IMG/VR virus record: IMGVR_UViG_3300032277_002974
Span: 1 to 36,870 of that record
DNA: 36,870 bases
Strand: one strand, 5' to 3'
Source of the DNA: a virus
Lineage: Duplodnaviria > Caudoviricetes
Made by a program: the position numbers and the translations under genes. A model generated the notes under the pieces. It was not told where the DNA came from. It did not search any database and saw only the letters and a list, made by a program, of their open reading frames with translations. Positions within the stretch are counted from its first letter, which is position 1; each line of letters opens with the position of its first letter. Below, in pieces: positions 1 to 8,834 of this stretch.

Positions 1-3
1 GAG

Positions 4-1029
4 TTGGTTCGCTCAATGAATTGTTATTACAGTAACTTTATTGAAGGTCACGATACGCACCCAAGAGACATTGAAAGGGCACTGCATGAAGATTTCGATA
101 GTTCAGAGGACAAGCGAGATCTCCAAAAGGAAGCCAAGGCTCATATAGAGGTTCAATGCTTGATAGACAGAGGTGTTGCACCTCAGCAGGCTTTTTCAAA
201 GGGGTTTGCATTGTGGACTCACAAGGAATTCTGCAAGCGTTTACCTGAAAGCATGCTGTGGGCTAAGAATCCGGATACGGGTGAGGAGCTTCCAGTTGTT
301 CCGGGAGTGCTTCGTGAGACAGGAGTTCAGGTTGGAAGGCACATTGCTCCGAGGCATGAAGATCTTGATAAATTTCTAGTTCGCTTTGAAGAGGCATACG
401 CCCCGGCTTTGCATTCAAGGGTATGCCAGGTTATTTCTGTTGCAGCCGCTCACCATAGGTTTGCCTGGATACATCCGTTTATTGATGGCAATGGTCGTGT
501 AGCACGGCTTATGTCTCATGCATCTTTAAAAGAGCTGGGTATCGGCAGCAGCCTTTGGTCTGTGTCACGCGGCCTTGCAAAAAGAGCTTCTGATTACAAA
601 AGACTATTGCAGGCTGCAGATGAACAGCGCAATGGCGATCTTGATGGGCGCGGAGCGCTGTCGGAGAGAGCACTTACTGATTTTTGTGAATTCTTTCTGG
701 ATACGTGTATTGATCAGGTAGACTTTATGAGCAGCAGGTTGGAGTTAAAGAGTTTACAGTTGCGTATTGAACGCTATTGCGCTCATGAGGTGGATGCGAA
801 ACACCTGCTTCCCGGATCGTGGAACCTTCTTCGTGAAGCACTGTTATCCGGTGAATTTAGCCGGGGTAGTGCAGCTGGGTTGACAGGTAAGGGCTCAGTT
901 CAGGCAAGGAAAGTGTTGGCAAGATTGATTGAGAAAGGTTTGCTGGTTTCAGACACCCCCAAGGGAGCTGTGCGGCTTGGCTTTCCACTGGATGTGTTGG
1001 ATCAGTGGATGCCTGGTTTGTACCATTAA
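4..1029 (+). CDS. Fic family protein (probably 5'-truncated by the window), outside the integrated element
   Basis: Canonical Fic motif HPFIDGNGRVAR; N-terminal SNFIEG motif; C-terminal helix-turn-helix-like segment. Confidence 0.92.
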   Translation: MVRSMNCYYSNFIEGHDTHPRDIERALHEDFDSSEDKRDLQKEAKAHIEVQCLIDRGVAPQQAFSKGFALWTHKEFCKRLPESMLWAKNPDTGEELPVVPGVLRETGVQVGRHIAPRHEDLDKFLVRFEEAYAPALHSRVCQVISVAAAHHRFAWIHPFIDGNGRVARLMSHASLKELGIGSSLWSVSRGLAKRASDYKRLLQAADEQRNGDLDGRGALSERALTDFCEFFLDTCIDQVDFMSSRLELKSLQLRIERYCAHEVDAKHLLPGSWNLLREALLSGEFSRGSAAGLTGKGSVQARKVLARLIEKGLLVSDTPKGAVRLGFPLDVLDQWMPGLYH

Positions 1030-1078
1030 AGTGATTCCACACCCTTATTTACGCCATTTCTTAAAGAACAGCCTTGTA

Positions 1079-1117
1079 GAAAGAAAAATAGCCTAGATCA
1101 GTGTGACCTAAGCTATT
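1079..1117 (-). terminator. Rho-independent terminator, probably the original tRNA terminator
   Basis: Minus strand AATAGCTTAGGTCA-cac-TGATCTAGGCTATT is a 14-bp stem with two G-U pairs followed by TTTCTTT; lies just downstream of the tRNA 3'-end fragment. Confidence 0.75.
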
Positions 1118-1127
1118 GATTTATAAA

Positions 1128-1144
1128 TGGTACCTGAGGCCGGA
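1128..1144 (-). mobile_element. att site: duplicated 3' end of a tRNA (Leu-like)
   Basis: Minus strand reads TCCGGCCTCAGGTACCA, a T-arm/acceptor/CCA end resembling E. coli leuX (TCCGGCCTTCGGCACCA, the P4 att); the rest of the tRNA is absent. Confidence 0.85.
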
Positions 1145-1262
1145 AACACACTGACGATGTAAGTCAGTGATAATAAAGGCTTTCACTTTCATGATTAACC
1201 ATTACTACCACAACGGCTACCCTAGACGCGCTCCCGCATCCTTATTATGGAGTCGAACCCGC

Positions 1263-2123
1263 ATGCAGTCTTCTGGTGAATCTATAAAGAACAGAATGCT
1301 TGCCTACGCTGATGCAGCTGACGAAGCAGAGCGCGACGCAGTAGAAGCAGCGCGTACATACGTCCAAGGTTGTAACGATAAGGGTGAGCCCGTACGCATC
1401 CGACCAGTGCAGCTTGATATCTGGCAAGGAACCAAACTCGCATTACCTGTGATTCTAGCCAGATGTGCTTTATTCGCCGCCAGTAAGAGAGGTAAGCGAG
1501 TTGCTGTAGATCGTAAGCAGTTAGCGAGTTGGAAGAACACCTCAATAGAATATACAGGATTCGGCCTCACTCAGAACGATCTCGACATACTCTTGGCTAT
1601 CACGCGAACTGCCGAAGATGGTATCTGCCGTACGTCTGCAAATGGTCTATTACGAGCAGCAGGCAAAGCTATCGGTGGGGCAGGGGCAACGAGACTCAAA
1701 GGCCAACTTACTTATATGACGGCATGCGCTATTAAGATTCAGACACGAGAGAAGTCTTACACAGGCAACCTGCTTAATTGGGCCTATGACGAGAATACGG
1801 GTGAACTCATTATAGCTATCAATGGCAATCTGCGCGGCCTGTATGACTCAGTGAGCTATCTCGAATCAGAATGCCGTAAGAGCTTACGGAGTGATCTCAG
1901 CAAGTGGCTTCATGGCTACATATCATCGCATACCGCCACTATCGAACACCCACATAGGATCAAGGTAAAGACATTGCACGAGCTATCAGGTTCGAGCTAT
2001 AGCGACATGCACGCCTTTATCTTCGCTCTGAAGAAGTCTCTCCAGGAGATAGGGCAATTCCTTATGGCTTGGGATATCTCGCATACAGGAGTGCTGACCG
2101 TAGCCAAGTGCCAGGCTGATTAG
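1263..2123 (+). CDS. TrfA-like plasmid replication initiator
   Basis: LPVILARCALFAA...IEYTGFGLTQNDLDIL and LSKWLHGYISSH resemble TrfA family motifs; iteron cluster immediately downstream; start placed at ATG 1263 after GGAG (ORF open from 1167). Confidence 0.8.
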   Translation: MQSSGESIKNRMLAYADAADEAERDAVEAARTYVQGCNDKGEPVRIRPVQLDIWQGTKLALPVILARCALFAASKRGKRVAVDRKQLASWKNTSIEYTGFGLTQNDLDILLAITRTAEDGICRTSANGLLRAAGKAIGGAGATRLKGQLTYMTACAIKIQTREKSYTGNLLNWAYDENTGELIIAINGNLRGLYDSVSYLESECRKSLRSDLSKWLHGYISSHTATIEHPHRIKVKTLHELSGSSYSDMHAFIFALKKSLQEIGQFLMAWDISHTGVLTVAKCQAD

Positions 2124-2140
2124 TTCTCCGAACACGACAC

Positions 2141-2420
2141 TTGGTGCTAAACCACGCTCACGCCTTCTGACTTAGTACTAAACCACGCTACCCATCATAT
2201 TATTAGTACTAAACCACGGCAGAGACGATTTGTAGCCATTGGCATGGTTTAGTACTAAGTGAGCGGGGTTTAGTACTACGAGATATAGGTTTAGTACTAA
2301 TTAGGTCGTGGTTTAGTACTAATTATCCGATAGCGTCAAAGCGTTGGTACGTATAGCAATTACAGCCTTTTTCGGCAGCTATAATCTATTATAATCTATT
2401 AAAATATAGAAAATAGGCAA
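2141..2420. repeat. Origin 1: seven iterons plus AT-rich tract
   Basis: TTAGTACTAAACC-type motif direct at 2141, 2172, 2203 (31-bp period) and inverted at 2246, 2267, 2288, 2310 (21-22 bp period); ATAATCTATT x2 AT-rich tract at 2381-2400. Confidence 0.85.
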
Positions 2421-2808
2421 AAAGAAACCCTCCGAAGCATAAGCTAGGAGGGTTATTCTATCAGTAGTCATACTTGTTAAGGCTTGTCGTATCAGTCGTA
2501 GATCAGTTTGAATAAGCGCGATGGGTGATTATCTTCTTAGTGTAGTAAAACAGCTCTAAGGCTGTGAGCGCGCCTACCCGATAAACCATGCGAGTTGATG
2601 TTAGTGAAGCGTTAGATTGCTATACCTATACTACGGTCAATCATCATTCTACGCGAGGATAGTTGCCGTTGATTATACTTGGATCATACATCGTATCCAA
2701 GTGGGCTGAAGAAACAATATGAGTTGTCTCTATGAGCGAGTTACGGCTAAACTTCGACAATATGACTTATAAGAAAAATGACATAGAATATAGAAAAAGG
2801 ACGGTTAT

Positions 2809-3228
2809 ATGAGCGAAGAAATAGAATCAAGTAATGACGATAGGCGCGTATCTATATTCTATAGGAGTTATGGAATCGGTCTGGAAACAACAGGAGCTCC
2901 GCTTTATCACCGTAAAGGCGCTTATACGGTACAGTCGGACGGTGTTATTGATAAGAAAGTACTCAGAACTGTCTTGGCGGACAGCAGGCTTACTAAGATT
3001 ACTCACGCTAAACGTAGTTATATGGAGGACGGCAGGCTACACGTAGAAACCGATGCTGGTGAATGGGTAGTCGCACCTCAGTCAACTCTGACTTCGCAGT
3101 GCATTACCATCACTAGTGGCGATGGTAGCAAGCGCGGTCTGATGCTCACCAGCTTTGGTAAATCTGAGGTGACTGTACAGGAGCAAGGGAGTCATGACGG
3201 GTACGATGAGGAACTTTTAATCATCTAG
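2809..3228 (+). CDS. Hypothetical protein
   Basis: 139-aa ORF with AAGGA RBS and downstream terminator. Confidence 0.65.
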   Translation: MSEEIESSNDDRRVSIFYRSYGIGLETTGAPLYHRKGAYTVQSDGVIDKKVLRTVLADSRLTKITHAKRSYMEDGRLHVETDAGEWVVAPQSTLTSQCITITSGDGSKRGLMLTSFGKSEVTVQEQGSHDGYDEELLII

Positions 3229-3249
3229 CTAACACGTTGGGTTAATCAG

Positions 3250-3285
3250 CGGCCTGTTCCTTTATTGGGCAGGCCGTTTCCTTTT
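3250..3285 (+). terminator. Rho-independent terminator
   Basis: GCGGCCTGTTC/GGGCAGGCCGT stem then TTCCTTTT. Confidence 0.65.
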
Positions 3286-3327
3286 ACCTCCGTAACTCAT
3301 AAAATGTAGATACATCAAAGGTTTCTC

Positions 3328-3385
3328 TGGCCTTCAACCGTATGCCCCGTCTAAAGTCCGTTGTATAGATGATATCTAGATATCA
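3328..3385 (+). promoter_or_regulatory. Repeated promoter/operator, type A copy 1
   Basis: CAACCGtATgccCCGTCTAAAGTCCG...AGATGATATctaGATATCA, shared with 3896 and 15853 copies. Confidence 0.7.
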
Positions 3386-3409
3386 CAAAACGGAAACGGA
3401 GAGACACAA

Positions 3410-3820
3410 ATGACTACAGCCACTACTAAAACCACACTGCCTACTACTTGGGATCAGTTGAAAGTACTTAACCAGGCCGAGCTGGATACGATCATCAAGC
3501 AAGAGGATTTAGATATCGTAGCAAAGAACATTACCGAGACACGCGAGCAGGTCGCTGAAGACCTCAACATTGCCATCCCCGCTAAGACAGAAGAGAAAAC
3601 CAAGCCTGCCGCTAAAGCAACAAAGCCTGCCGAAAAGAAAACACCAACCAAAGCAACCAAACCTGCCGCTGATAAGAAAGTATCGACTAAAGATACAACC
3701 ACACGCGTTGCTTGCCGTATCGAGAATGCTACTCATAAGAAGCTTCAGGCAGAGATGAAGAAAACAGGTACATCACGCGCTGCTGTTATGAAGAAGATCA
3801 TCGAAGCTCATTACGCATAA
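3410..3820 (+). CDS. Putative ribbon-helix-helix (CopG-like) regulator with Lys/Ala/Pro-rich linker
   Basis: C-terminal RVACRIENATHKKLQAEMKKTGTSRAAVMKKIIE fits the RHH pattern; repeated TKPA(A/E)K linker. Confidence 0.65.
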   Translation: MTTATTKTTLPTTWDQLKVLNQAELDTIIKQEDLDIVAKNITETREQVAEDLNIAIPAKTEEKTKPAAKATKPAEKKTPTKATKPAADKKVSTKDTTTRVACRIENATHKKLQAEMKKTGTSRAAVMKKIIEAHYA

Positions 3821-3857
3821 GTACAGCTCAGAGTGAGATACTACGAGCCTGCTTACT

Positions 3858-3886
3858 AAAGCCCTGCCTTATCGGTGGGGCTTTCT
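3858..3886 (+). terminator. Rho-independent terminator
   Basis: AAAGCCCTGCC-ttatc-GGTGGGGCTTT. Confidence 0.65.
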
Positions 3887-3895
3887 GTTGGCCCT

Positions 3896-3964
3896 CTGTG
3901 AAGCCTTGGACAGCAACCGGATAGCCCGTCTAATCTTCCCGCTATAGATGATATAAAGATATCA
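3896..3964 (+). promoter_or_regulatory. Repeated promoter/operator, type A copy 2
   Basis: CTGTGAAGCCTTGGACAGCAACCGGAT...AGATGATATAAAGATATCA. Confidence 0.72.
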
Positions 3965-3985
3965 AAAGAGCACGGAGAGATTATT

Positions 3986-4726
3986 ATGCCAAACGCAGCC
4001 TTAGACAAGATTCAGGATCGCATCAGGAAGCTACTCGCCCTCGGAGAGTCTGCTAACGAACACGAAGCAAAGCTGGCAATGAAGAATGCTCAGAAGCTGA
4101 TGAACAAGTACAACATCGACCAAGCTGACGTACTGATCAACATTAGTTCATCCGATATCACACATGAAGACTTTCTAGAGACAGCTGCACCACATAGCAG
4201 CGTAGCGTCTCTGGGTGGTCACGTATGCCGTCTATTCGATTGTCAGGTGATCATCATGAAGAAAGTAGCGAGCCGTAGACATACGATGTTCCGCTTCGTA
4301 GGCACGACAGAGAACATCGCATCTGCGCGCTACATGCTTACTCACCTAATGACCTGCTGGAAGTCTATGCACATCGCCGACTTTAAAGCACATCAGGCCG
4401 ACACCCATCCTGCACTTCAGGCGAAGAAAGTGAGTTTCCGCAATGCTCATAGAGCTGGCTTCTCTGAGTCTATCGGCAAGCGTGTAGATAGCCTTCTGAA
4501 AGCTCGTACGACAGAGCTGAACAAAGCCTCCGGTAACGCAGCTCTGGTACCTGTCAAAATGTCCGAAGCGGTTAAGGCTTACTCAGACGAGAAGTTCGAT
4601 CTGAAGAAGGGCCGCGCAGGTCGCACTAGCTCGAACGCAGGACGCTCGGCAGGACGCGCAGCGGGCAACTCGGTTCCAATGGGAGGCGCGATTGCAGGTA
4701 AAGGCGCAGCAGGCGCACTTAACTGA
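3986..4726 (+). CDS. DUF2786-domain protein
   Basis: N-terminal KIQDRIRKLLALGESANEHEAKLAMKNAQKLMNKYNI is the DUF2786 signature; FVG...A and Gly-rich tail typical of the family. Confidence 0.85.
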   Translation: MPNAALDKIQDRIRKLLALGESANEHEAKLAMKNAQKLMNKYNIDQADVLINISSSDITHEDFLETAAPHSSVASLGGHVCRLFDCQVIIMKKVASRRHTMFRFVGTTENIASARYMLTHLMTCWKSMHIADFKAHQADTHPALQAKKVSFRNAHRAGFSESIGKRVDSLLKARTTELNKASGNAALVPVKMSEAVKAYSDEKFDLKKGRAGRTSSNAGRSAGRAAGNSVPMGGAIAGKGAAGALN

Positions 4727-4743
4727 ACTAGGCTCAAGGCAAT

Positions 4744-4778
4744 AAAAAGGGCGTGACCGATAAAGATCACGCCCTCTT
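4744..4778. terminator. Terminator hairpin (U-tract on the minus strand)
   Basis: AAAAAGGGCGTGAcc...aTCACGCCCT. Confidence 0.7.
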
Positions 4779-4780
4779 GC

Positions 4781-4891
4781 TTACGGTTTATCTAAGAACA
4801 GCGTGATAACACTTACCGCAATCCCTATTACTACCAGCAACTTATCTCTACTAACCGTTGCGGTTAAAACAAGTTTAAAGCTCATAATCAT
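4781..4891 (-). CDS. Small hydrophobic peptide (36 aa), not in the ORF track
   Basis: MIMSFKLVLTATVSRDKLLVVIGIAVSVITLFLDKP; stop directly followed by a minus-strand terminator. Confidence 0.4.
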   Translation of the reverse strand: MIMSFKLVLTATVSRDKLLVVIGIAVSVITLFLDKP

Positions 4892-5560
4892 CCATGCTAC
4901 GCCGATATTATCTTGCACGAGTTAACCAAACATCTAGTCTGGTCGTTAGCTACAACGCTCGGCAAACCTGATCAGCTATTTTCAGGCATGTCAGTGATTC
5001 GACACAGGGTGCCCTGTTACCGCAGGGCTACCCATCACTCAGAACCTTCAGAATCCATCCATCCGGCTCTCTTCTCTATCGAGTGTAGGCGCAAGCCCTA
5101 GGTGACAAGAAATCTCATGTCACTTCACTCATTTGCCCGCGAGTGTAACACGACCACCATGGTGTTAAGCAAGTCTGTAGCCTGTTTGCTCAGCAGCGAA
5201 CGTATGATTTACCCATCTGGCCGACAATCACGAAAGGTACATCCTCCCAGCCCAGGCAATTAACATCAAATACATCAGGCTTATCTAGAAGGTCAGTGGG
5301 CGAACCCTAGCCAGCTCTAGGTTCAAGCCGCTATGGGCGATTTATGGATTAGAGGAATTTTCTGATTATCGTAGGAATGAAATTTCCTATCTAAGCAGCC
5401 GTAGCAGGATATCTAGGCGAGTACTCGTATGTATTACGGAAACACGCTTAGAAGCTGATATAGGCAGGCTACTCAGTACGAAGCTATCGACGAGATACAA
5501 CGATAAGTTAGATCGACATAGAAGACTCTGATTTGGTATGAGGTTCCCTGTACATGCGGC

Positions 5561-6096
5561 CTATTTTGCCCGATAATAACGGAAACCAAAAAACTTTTAT
5601 CTCGTAAATATCTAATTTAAAAGATTATGTTCAAAACAGACGGCCTTATCCTTAGTGTAATATATATAGAAGGTGGGAGAAAGATCGGAGGAGTTAAACA
5701 CATACAATTCGAGTTACAGGCGCGTAGGTAGGCTATTTTACCCCATAATAATGGAAACCAAAAAACTTTTATCTCGTAAATATCTAATTTAAAAGATTAT
5801 GTTCAAAACAGACGGCCTTAATTTTGGATATAAGATATAAGATATACAACGAGGGGAGAAATGCCTAAGCACTAGATAGAGAAGCACCTACAATTCGAGC
5901 ACCGCACCTATAGATATGAGGCTATTTTACCCGATACCAAGGGAAACCAAAATAATTATATCTCGTAAATATCTAATTTTAAAGATTATGTTCAAAACAT
6001 CGTCCTTAATCTTGAACGTGATAATATAAGAGGTGTAGGTAGGACGGTTAAAGAACGGGGCGGGAATGCCCAAAGCAGCAACCACAATTTGAGTTA
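5561..6096. repeat. Three tandem ~170-190 bp non-coding units with an ~88-bp conserved core
   Basis: Cores at 5561-5648, 5733-5820, 5922-6008; 68 bp identical between copies 1 and 2; each followed by a variable part and ACAATTYGAG. Confidence 0.95.
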
Positions 6097-6125
6097 CATA
6101 TTATTATAAATATAGGAGGCCCTAG

Positions 6126-6815
6126 TTGGCAGAAAGTAATGTTACAGAACTACGGTCAGCGCCTGCCCCTATAAGCCTACACGGGGGAGCTAGCGACCTG
6201 ACTGACCAGACCTTCGGTAGATTGGTAGCCTTATACCCTACGAGAGTTAAACGCGGCATCCACTGGTACTGCCAATGCGCCTGCGGGAAACACACAACTG
6301 TAGGAGGGGGCCATCTTCGAAAAGGCCGCACTAGGTCTTGCGGGTGTCTACAGAAAGAGCTTGTCAGCGAGCGCACTAAGCAAATGCACAAAGACCCTGA
6401 CTTCAAGAAAGCTTTTATGGCGCGCAATAAGAAGCAGAGCACCGATCCTGTTTTCAAGGAAGCTCTTAGCCAGCAGATGAAGCGACAGCAGGCCGATCCT
6501 GAGATGCAGAAAAACAACTTCCTATCTTGCCACAAAGAACCTACCGCCTTCCTGTACATTAACAGGATCGACGCTAACTGGTATAAAGTTGGAGCAGGCC
6601 AAGAGAACAGAAGGTGTAAGGCTCTCGGAGATAATATCTTCAGCATAGAGTTGCCTACCCGTATAGCCGCCGAACTGGAATGCGATATCAAACGCAAATA
6701 CTGCTCGTCGGATCACCCTTATAAAAACGAGTGTAGGTATGAAGTGTTTTCTACCACCCATATCGAAGATGTAATGAAGTTACTGACCTCGTATCAACTA
6801 AAAGAAGCAGCATAA
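6126..6815 (+). CDS. Homing-endonuclease-like protein
   Basis: N-terminal DLTDQTFGRL...WYCQCACG...SCGC domain typical of phage HNH/AP2 endonucleases; DP(D/V/E)(F/M) repeats; C-terminal FLYI...WYKVG GIY-YIG-like segment; TTG start after GGAGG. Confidence 0.7.
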   Translation: MAESNVTELRSAPAPISLHGGASDLTDQTFGRLVALYPTRVKRGIHWYCQCACGKHTTVGGGHLRKGRTRSCGCLQKELVSERTKQMHKDPDFKKAFMARNKKQSTDPVFKEALSQQMKRQQADPEMQKNNFLSCHKEPTAFLYINRIDANWYKVGAGQENRRCKALGDNIFSIELPTRIAAELECDIKRKYCSSDHPYKNECRYEVFSTTHIEDVMKLLTSYQLKEAA

Positions 6816-6829
6816 TAGGAGCATGTACC

Positions 6830-7843
6830 GTGCCTAGCAAAATTAAATGGAAAAAGGCAGTCACGCCTCTTACCGCAGATCAGGCTAAGAACTTCACCAA
6901 GGTCGCTATTAAAGCGCGGCTCGGTATCGAAGTATCAGGCTCACATAGAACAAAGGGAGATTTCCACTTCCGCGTATTCTCTCTTGATTCCGGCGATAGT
7001 ATAAAATCGGCTGTATGGAATGTAGAGCATGCTGACGGACGTACTGAGAAAGTGAGTGGACAGAAACTCAGTTCCGATAAGTACGTTCCTACAAAACTCA
7101 TTCCCGCCGACAAGCAGAGAAATAGATTACCTTATGGCAAGAAGCTCCCTAAAGCTGCTCCACCCGAGCGTTACAATACTGCGATGTCATTATCTACATT
7201 CGCTAGCCGTCTGGACCACGCTGCTAATAAGACTGTTATCTACGATGGTACAGCAGGTAGTATTAAGAAGAGGAACAACACCACTCTGATACTCTTCTCT
7301 GGTAAGGTGCCAGGCACTGCTAAAGTCACCGACACTAAGAAGCCTATGGCCTCATGGGTAACGCTCATGAATCAGCTTCCTGTTGGTTACTTAATGATAG
7401 CCGATAATTATACGAAGCTGAAGAAACATTCAGAAGTCTCGTGGACTATCAACAAGCCTACGAGTAACGAAAAGAAGGCATATAAAATCTTTACGGATGG
7501 CAACTACTTCCCGTTCGTCAGAAAAGGGTTCATTGAAGGCTATATGAAGGTAGGAAACTCTATTCCTAGTCAGAAGCGTATAGGTGCAGAGGCTTTCGTT
7601 ATCACGAAGCCATTCGTAACGAAGTACAAGGCCCTACTAAACCCTACTAAGATCGACTTTATGAACCCCTCGGCTACAGGCAGTGTGTACTCTAAGAGTT
7701 ATATGACGCTTATGAAGAAGTTCCTGACAGAGATCAAAGAGGCTACAGGAGATACGACTGCCATCACGGGCCTATCGACACTCGATGACCTCACAAAAGA
7801 GGTGATCCATGATGGAGTACCTATGTCATTCTTCGTCTCCTAA
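6830..7843 (+). CDS. Lys-rich hypothetical protein
   Basis: 337-aa ORF, AGGAG RBS, GTG start, followed by terminator. Confidence 0.75.
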   Translation: MPSKIKWKKAVTPLTADQAKNFTKVAIKARLGIEVSGSHRTKGDFHFRVFSLDSGDSIKSAVWNVEHADGRTEKVSGQKLSSDKYVPTKLIPADKQRNRLPYGKKLPKAAPPERYNTAMSLSTFASRLDHAANKTVIYDGTAGSIKKRNNTTLILFSGKVPGTAKVTDTKKPMASWVTLMNQLPVGYLMIADNYTKLKKHSEVSWTINKPTSNEKKAYKIFTDGNYFPFVRKGFIEGYMKVGNSIPSQKRIGAEAFVITKPFVTKYKALLNPTKIDFMNPSATGSVYSKSYMTLMKKFLTEIKEATGDTTAITGLSTLDDLTKEVIHDGVPMSFFVS

Positions 7844-7877
7844 CCAAACAGCAACTCACTACCAATTACATTGATAA

Positions 7878-7908
7878 GAAAGCACCTCTACTCCAGGGGT
7901 GCTTTTTT
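7878..7908 (+). terminator. Rho-independent terminator
   Basis: AAAGCACCTCT-actcc-AGGGGTGCTTTTTT. Confidence 0.8.
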
Positions 7909-7954
7909 ATTATCCAGAACCTAATTCGAAAGACTACTACAGGAGGATCTAAAG

Positions 7955-8266
7955 ATGATCCCGATTATAAATCGTATCCACGAAATTCTGAATATCGACG
8001 ATCCCGCCAAGTGTTGGAATGTTGATACAACGAGGCATTCGACAAATATGAATGGTATCCCTGCGGCTCGATGCCCCGACAGGAAACTTACCTACACTAT
8101 CCGAAGGCTCATGTATGAGCGTTATCTCGGACGTAAACTAACAAACGGCGAGTCCGTTAAGCCCCGCAAAGAGCTATGCACATCAAAGCTCTGCTGTAAC
8201 CCCGCACACTCACGTTTACTTATTAAAGGAGCTAAAGATGGACCAAGCACAAGCACAGACACCTGA
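7955..8266 (+). CDS. Small His-Me-finger (HNH-like) protein, possibly catalytically degenerate
   Basis: CWN...RRLMYERYLG...CTSKLCCNPAH matches the phage HNH CW...HR..Y...G...H.C....C.NP.H pattern with His residues replaced. Confidence 0.6.
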   Translation: MIPIINRIHEILNIDDPAKCWNVDTTRHSTNMNGIPAARCPDRKLTYTIRRLMYERYLGRKLTNGESVKPRKELCTSKLCCNPAHSRLLIKGAKDGPSTSTDT

Positions 8267-8429
8267 ATTCACAGACGCCGCTAGAGCACTAGGCGTTGAG
8301 CTTCGCGGTCTACGTGACGACTTCAACGCTCGCTCAGATCGTAACATGGCAGCTATGCGGAAGATTATGGAAGCGAAAGGTATTGAGTTCGACGAGAGCG
8401 GTTATCCCACAGGCGTAAAGTCAGCGTAA
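8238..8429 (+). CDS. Hypothetical protein
   Basis: 63-aa ORF with AAGGAG RBS. Confidence 0.55.
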   Translation: MDQAQAQTPEFTDAARALGVELRGLRDDFNARSDRNMAAMRKIMEAKGIEFDESGYPTGVKSA

Positions 8430-8545
8430 CTGATTCTAAGCAGCAGTAGGATGAACTTTAAGTAAGTACTCGCCTCTAGTGCTTAAAACTCCATAGCGCC
8501 TGATAGAGACAGGCTACGCCTATTATATAGCAGAGGGAGATCGCT

Positions 8546-8812
8546 ATGAGATTAACCAAGGCCCGCATAGCAGCTCAAGAAGCTGTATGCTGGATAGAGT
8601 ACGACCGGATAGAAGCCGAATGCAATCTATGTTGGTGCTTGCTTCCATCTCCTTCAGAGATCGAAGTGGAGCAGACCAGAAAGGTTATGCAGAAAGTACG
8701 AAGGCGGCAGCAGGAAGCTTCAAGAAACAGAAAGGCTTCATTGCTCTCTTACAGAACGCAGTTGAGACAATCACTAAGTACGGCCTGTAACCCAACCACA
8801 AACTACCGATAG
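8546..8812 (+). CDS. Hypothetical protein
   Basis: 88-aa ORF with GGGAG RBS. Confidence 0.45.
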   Translation: MRLTKARIAAQEAVCWIEYDRIEAECNLCWCLLPSPSEIEVEQTRKVMQKVRRRQQEASRNRKASLLSYRTQLRQSLSTACNPTTNYR

Positions 8813-8834
8813 GAGGTCTGTTATTAAAAACTCA

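Noticed and set aside
1128-1144. Intact tRNA gene
   Set aside because: Only 17 nt of the 3' end match; the adjacent sequence does not form a cloverleaf
5561-6096. CRISPR-like repeat-spacer array
   Set aside because: Repeat (~88 bp) and variable parts are far too long, only three units, no cas genes
6122-6697. 191-aa minus-strand ORF and similar shadow ORFs (e.g. 10202-10657, 21987-22385, 26971-27426, 36236-36631)
   Set aside because: Antisense to well-supported genes, no RBS or recognisable motifs
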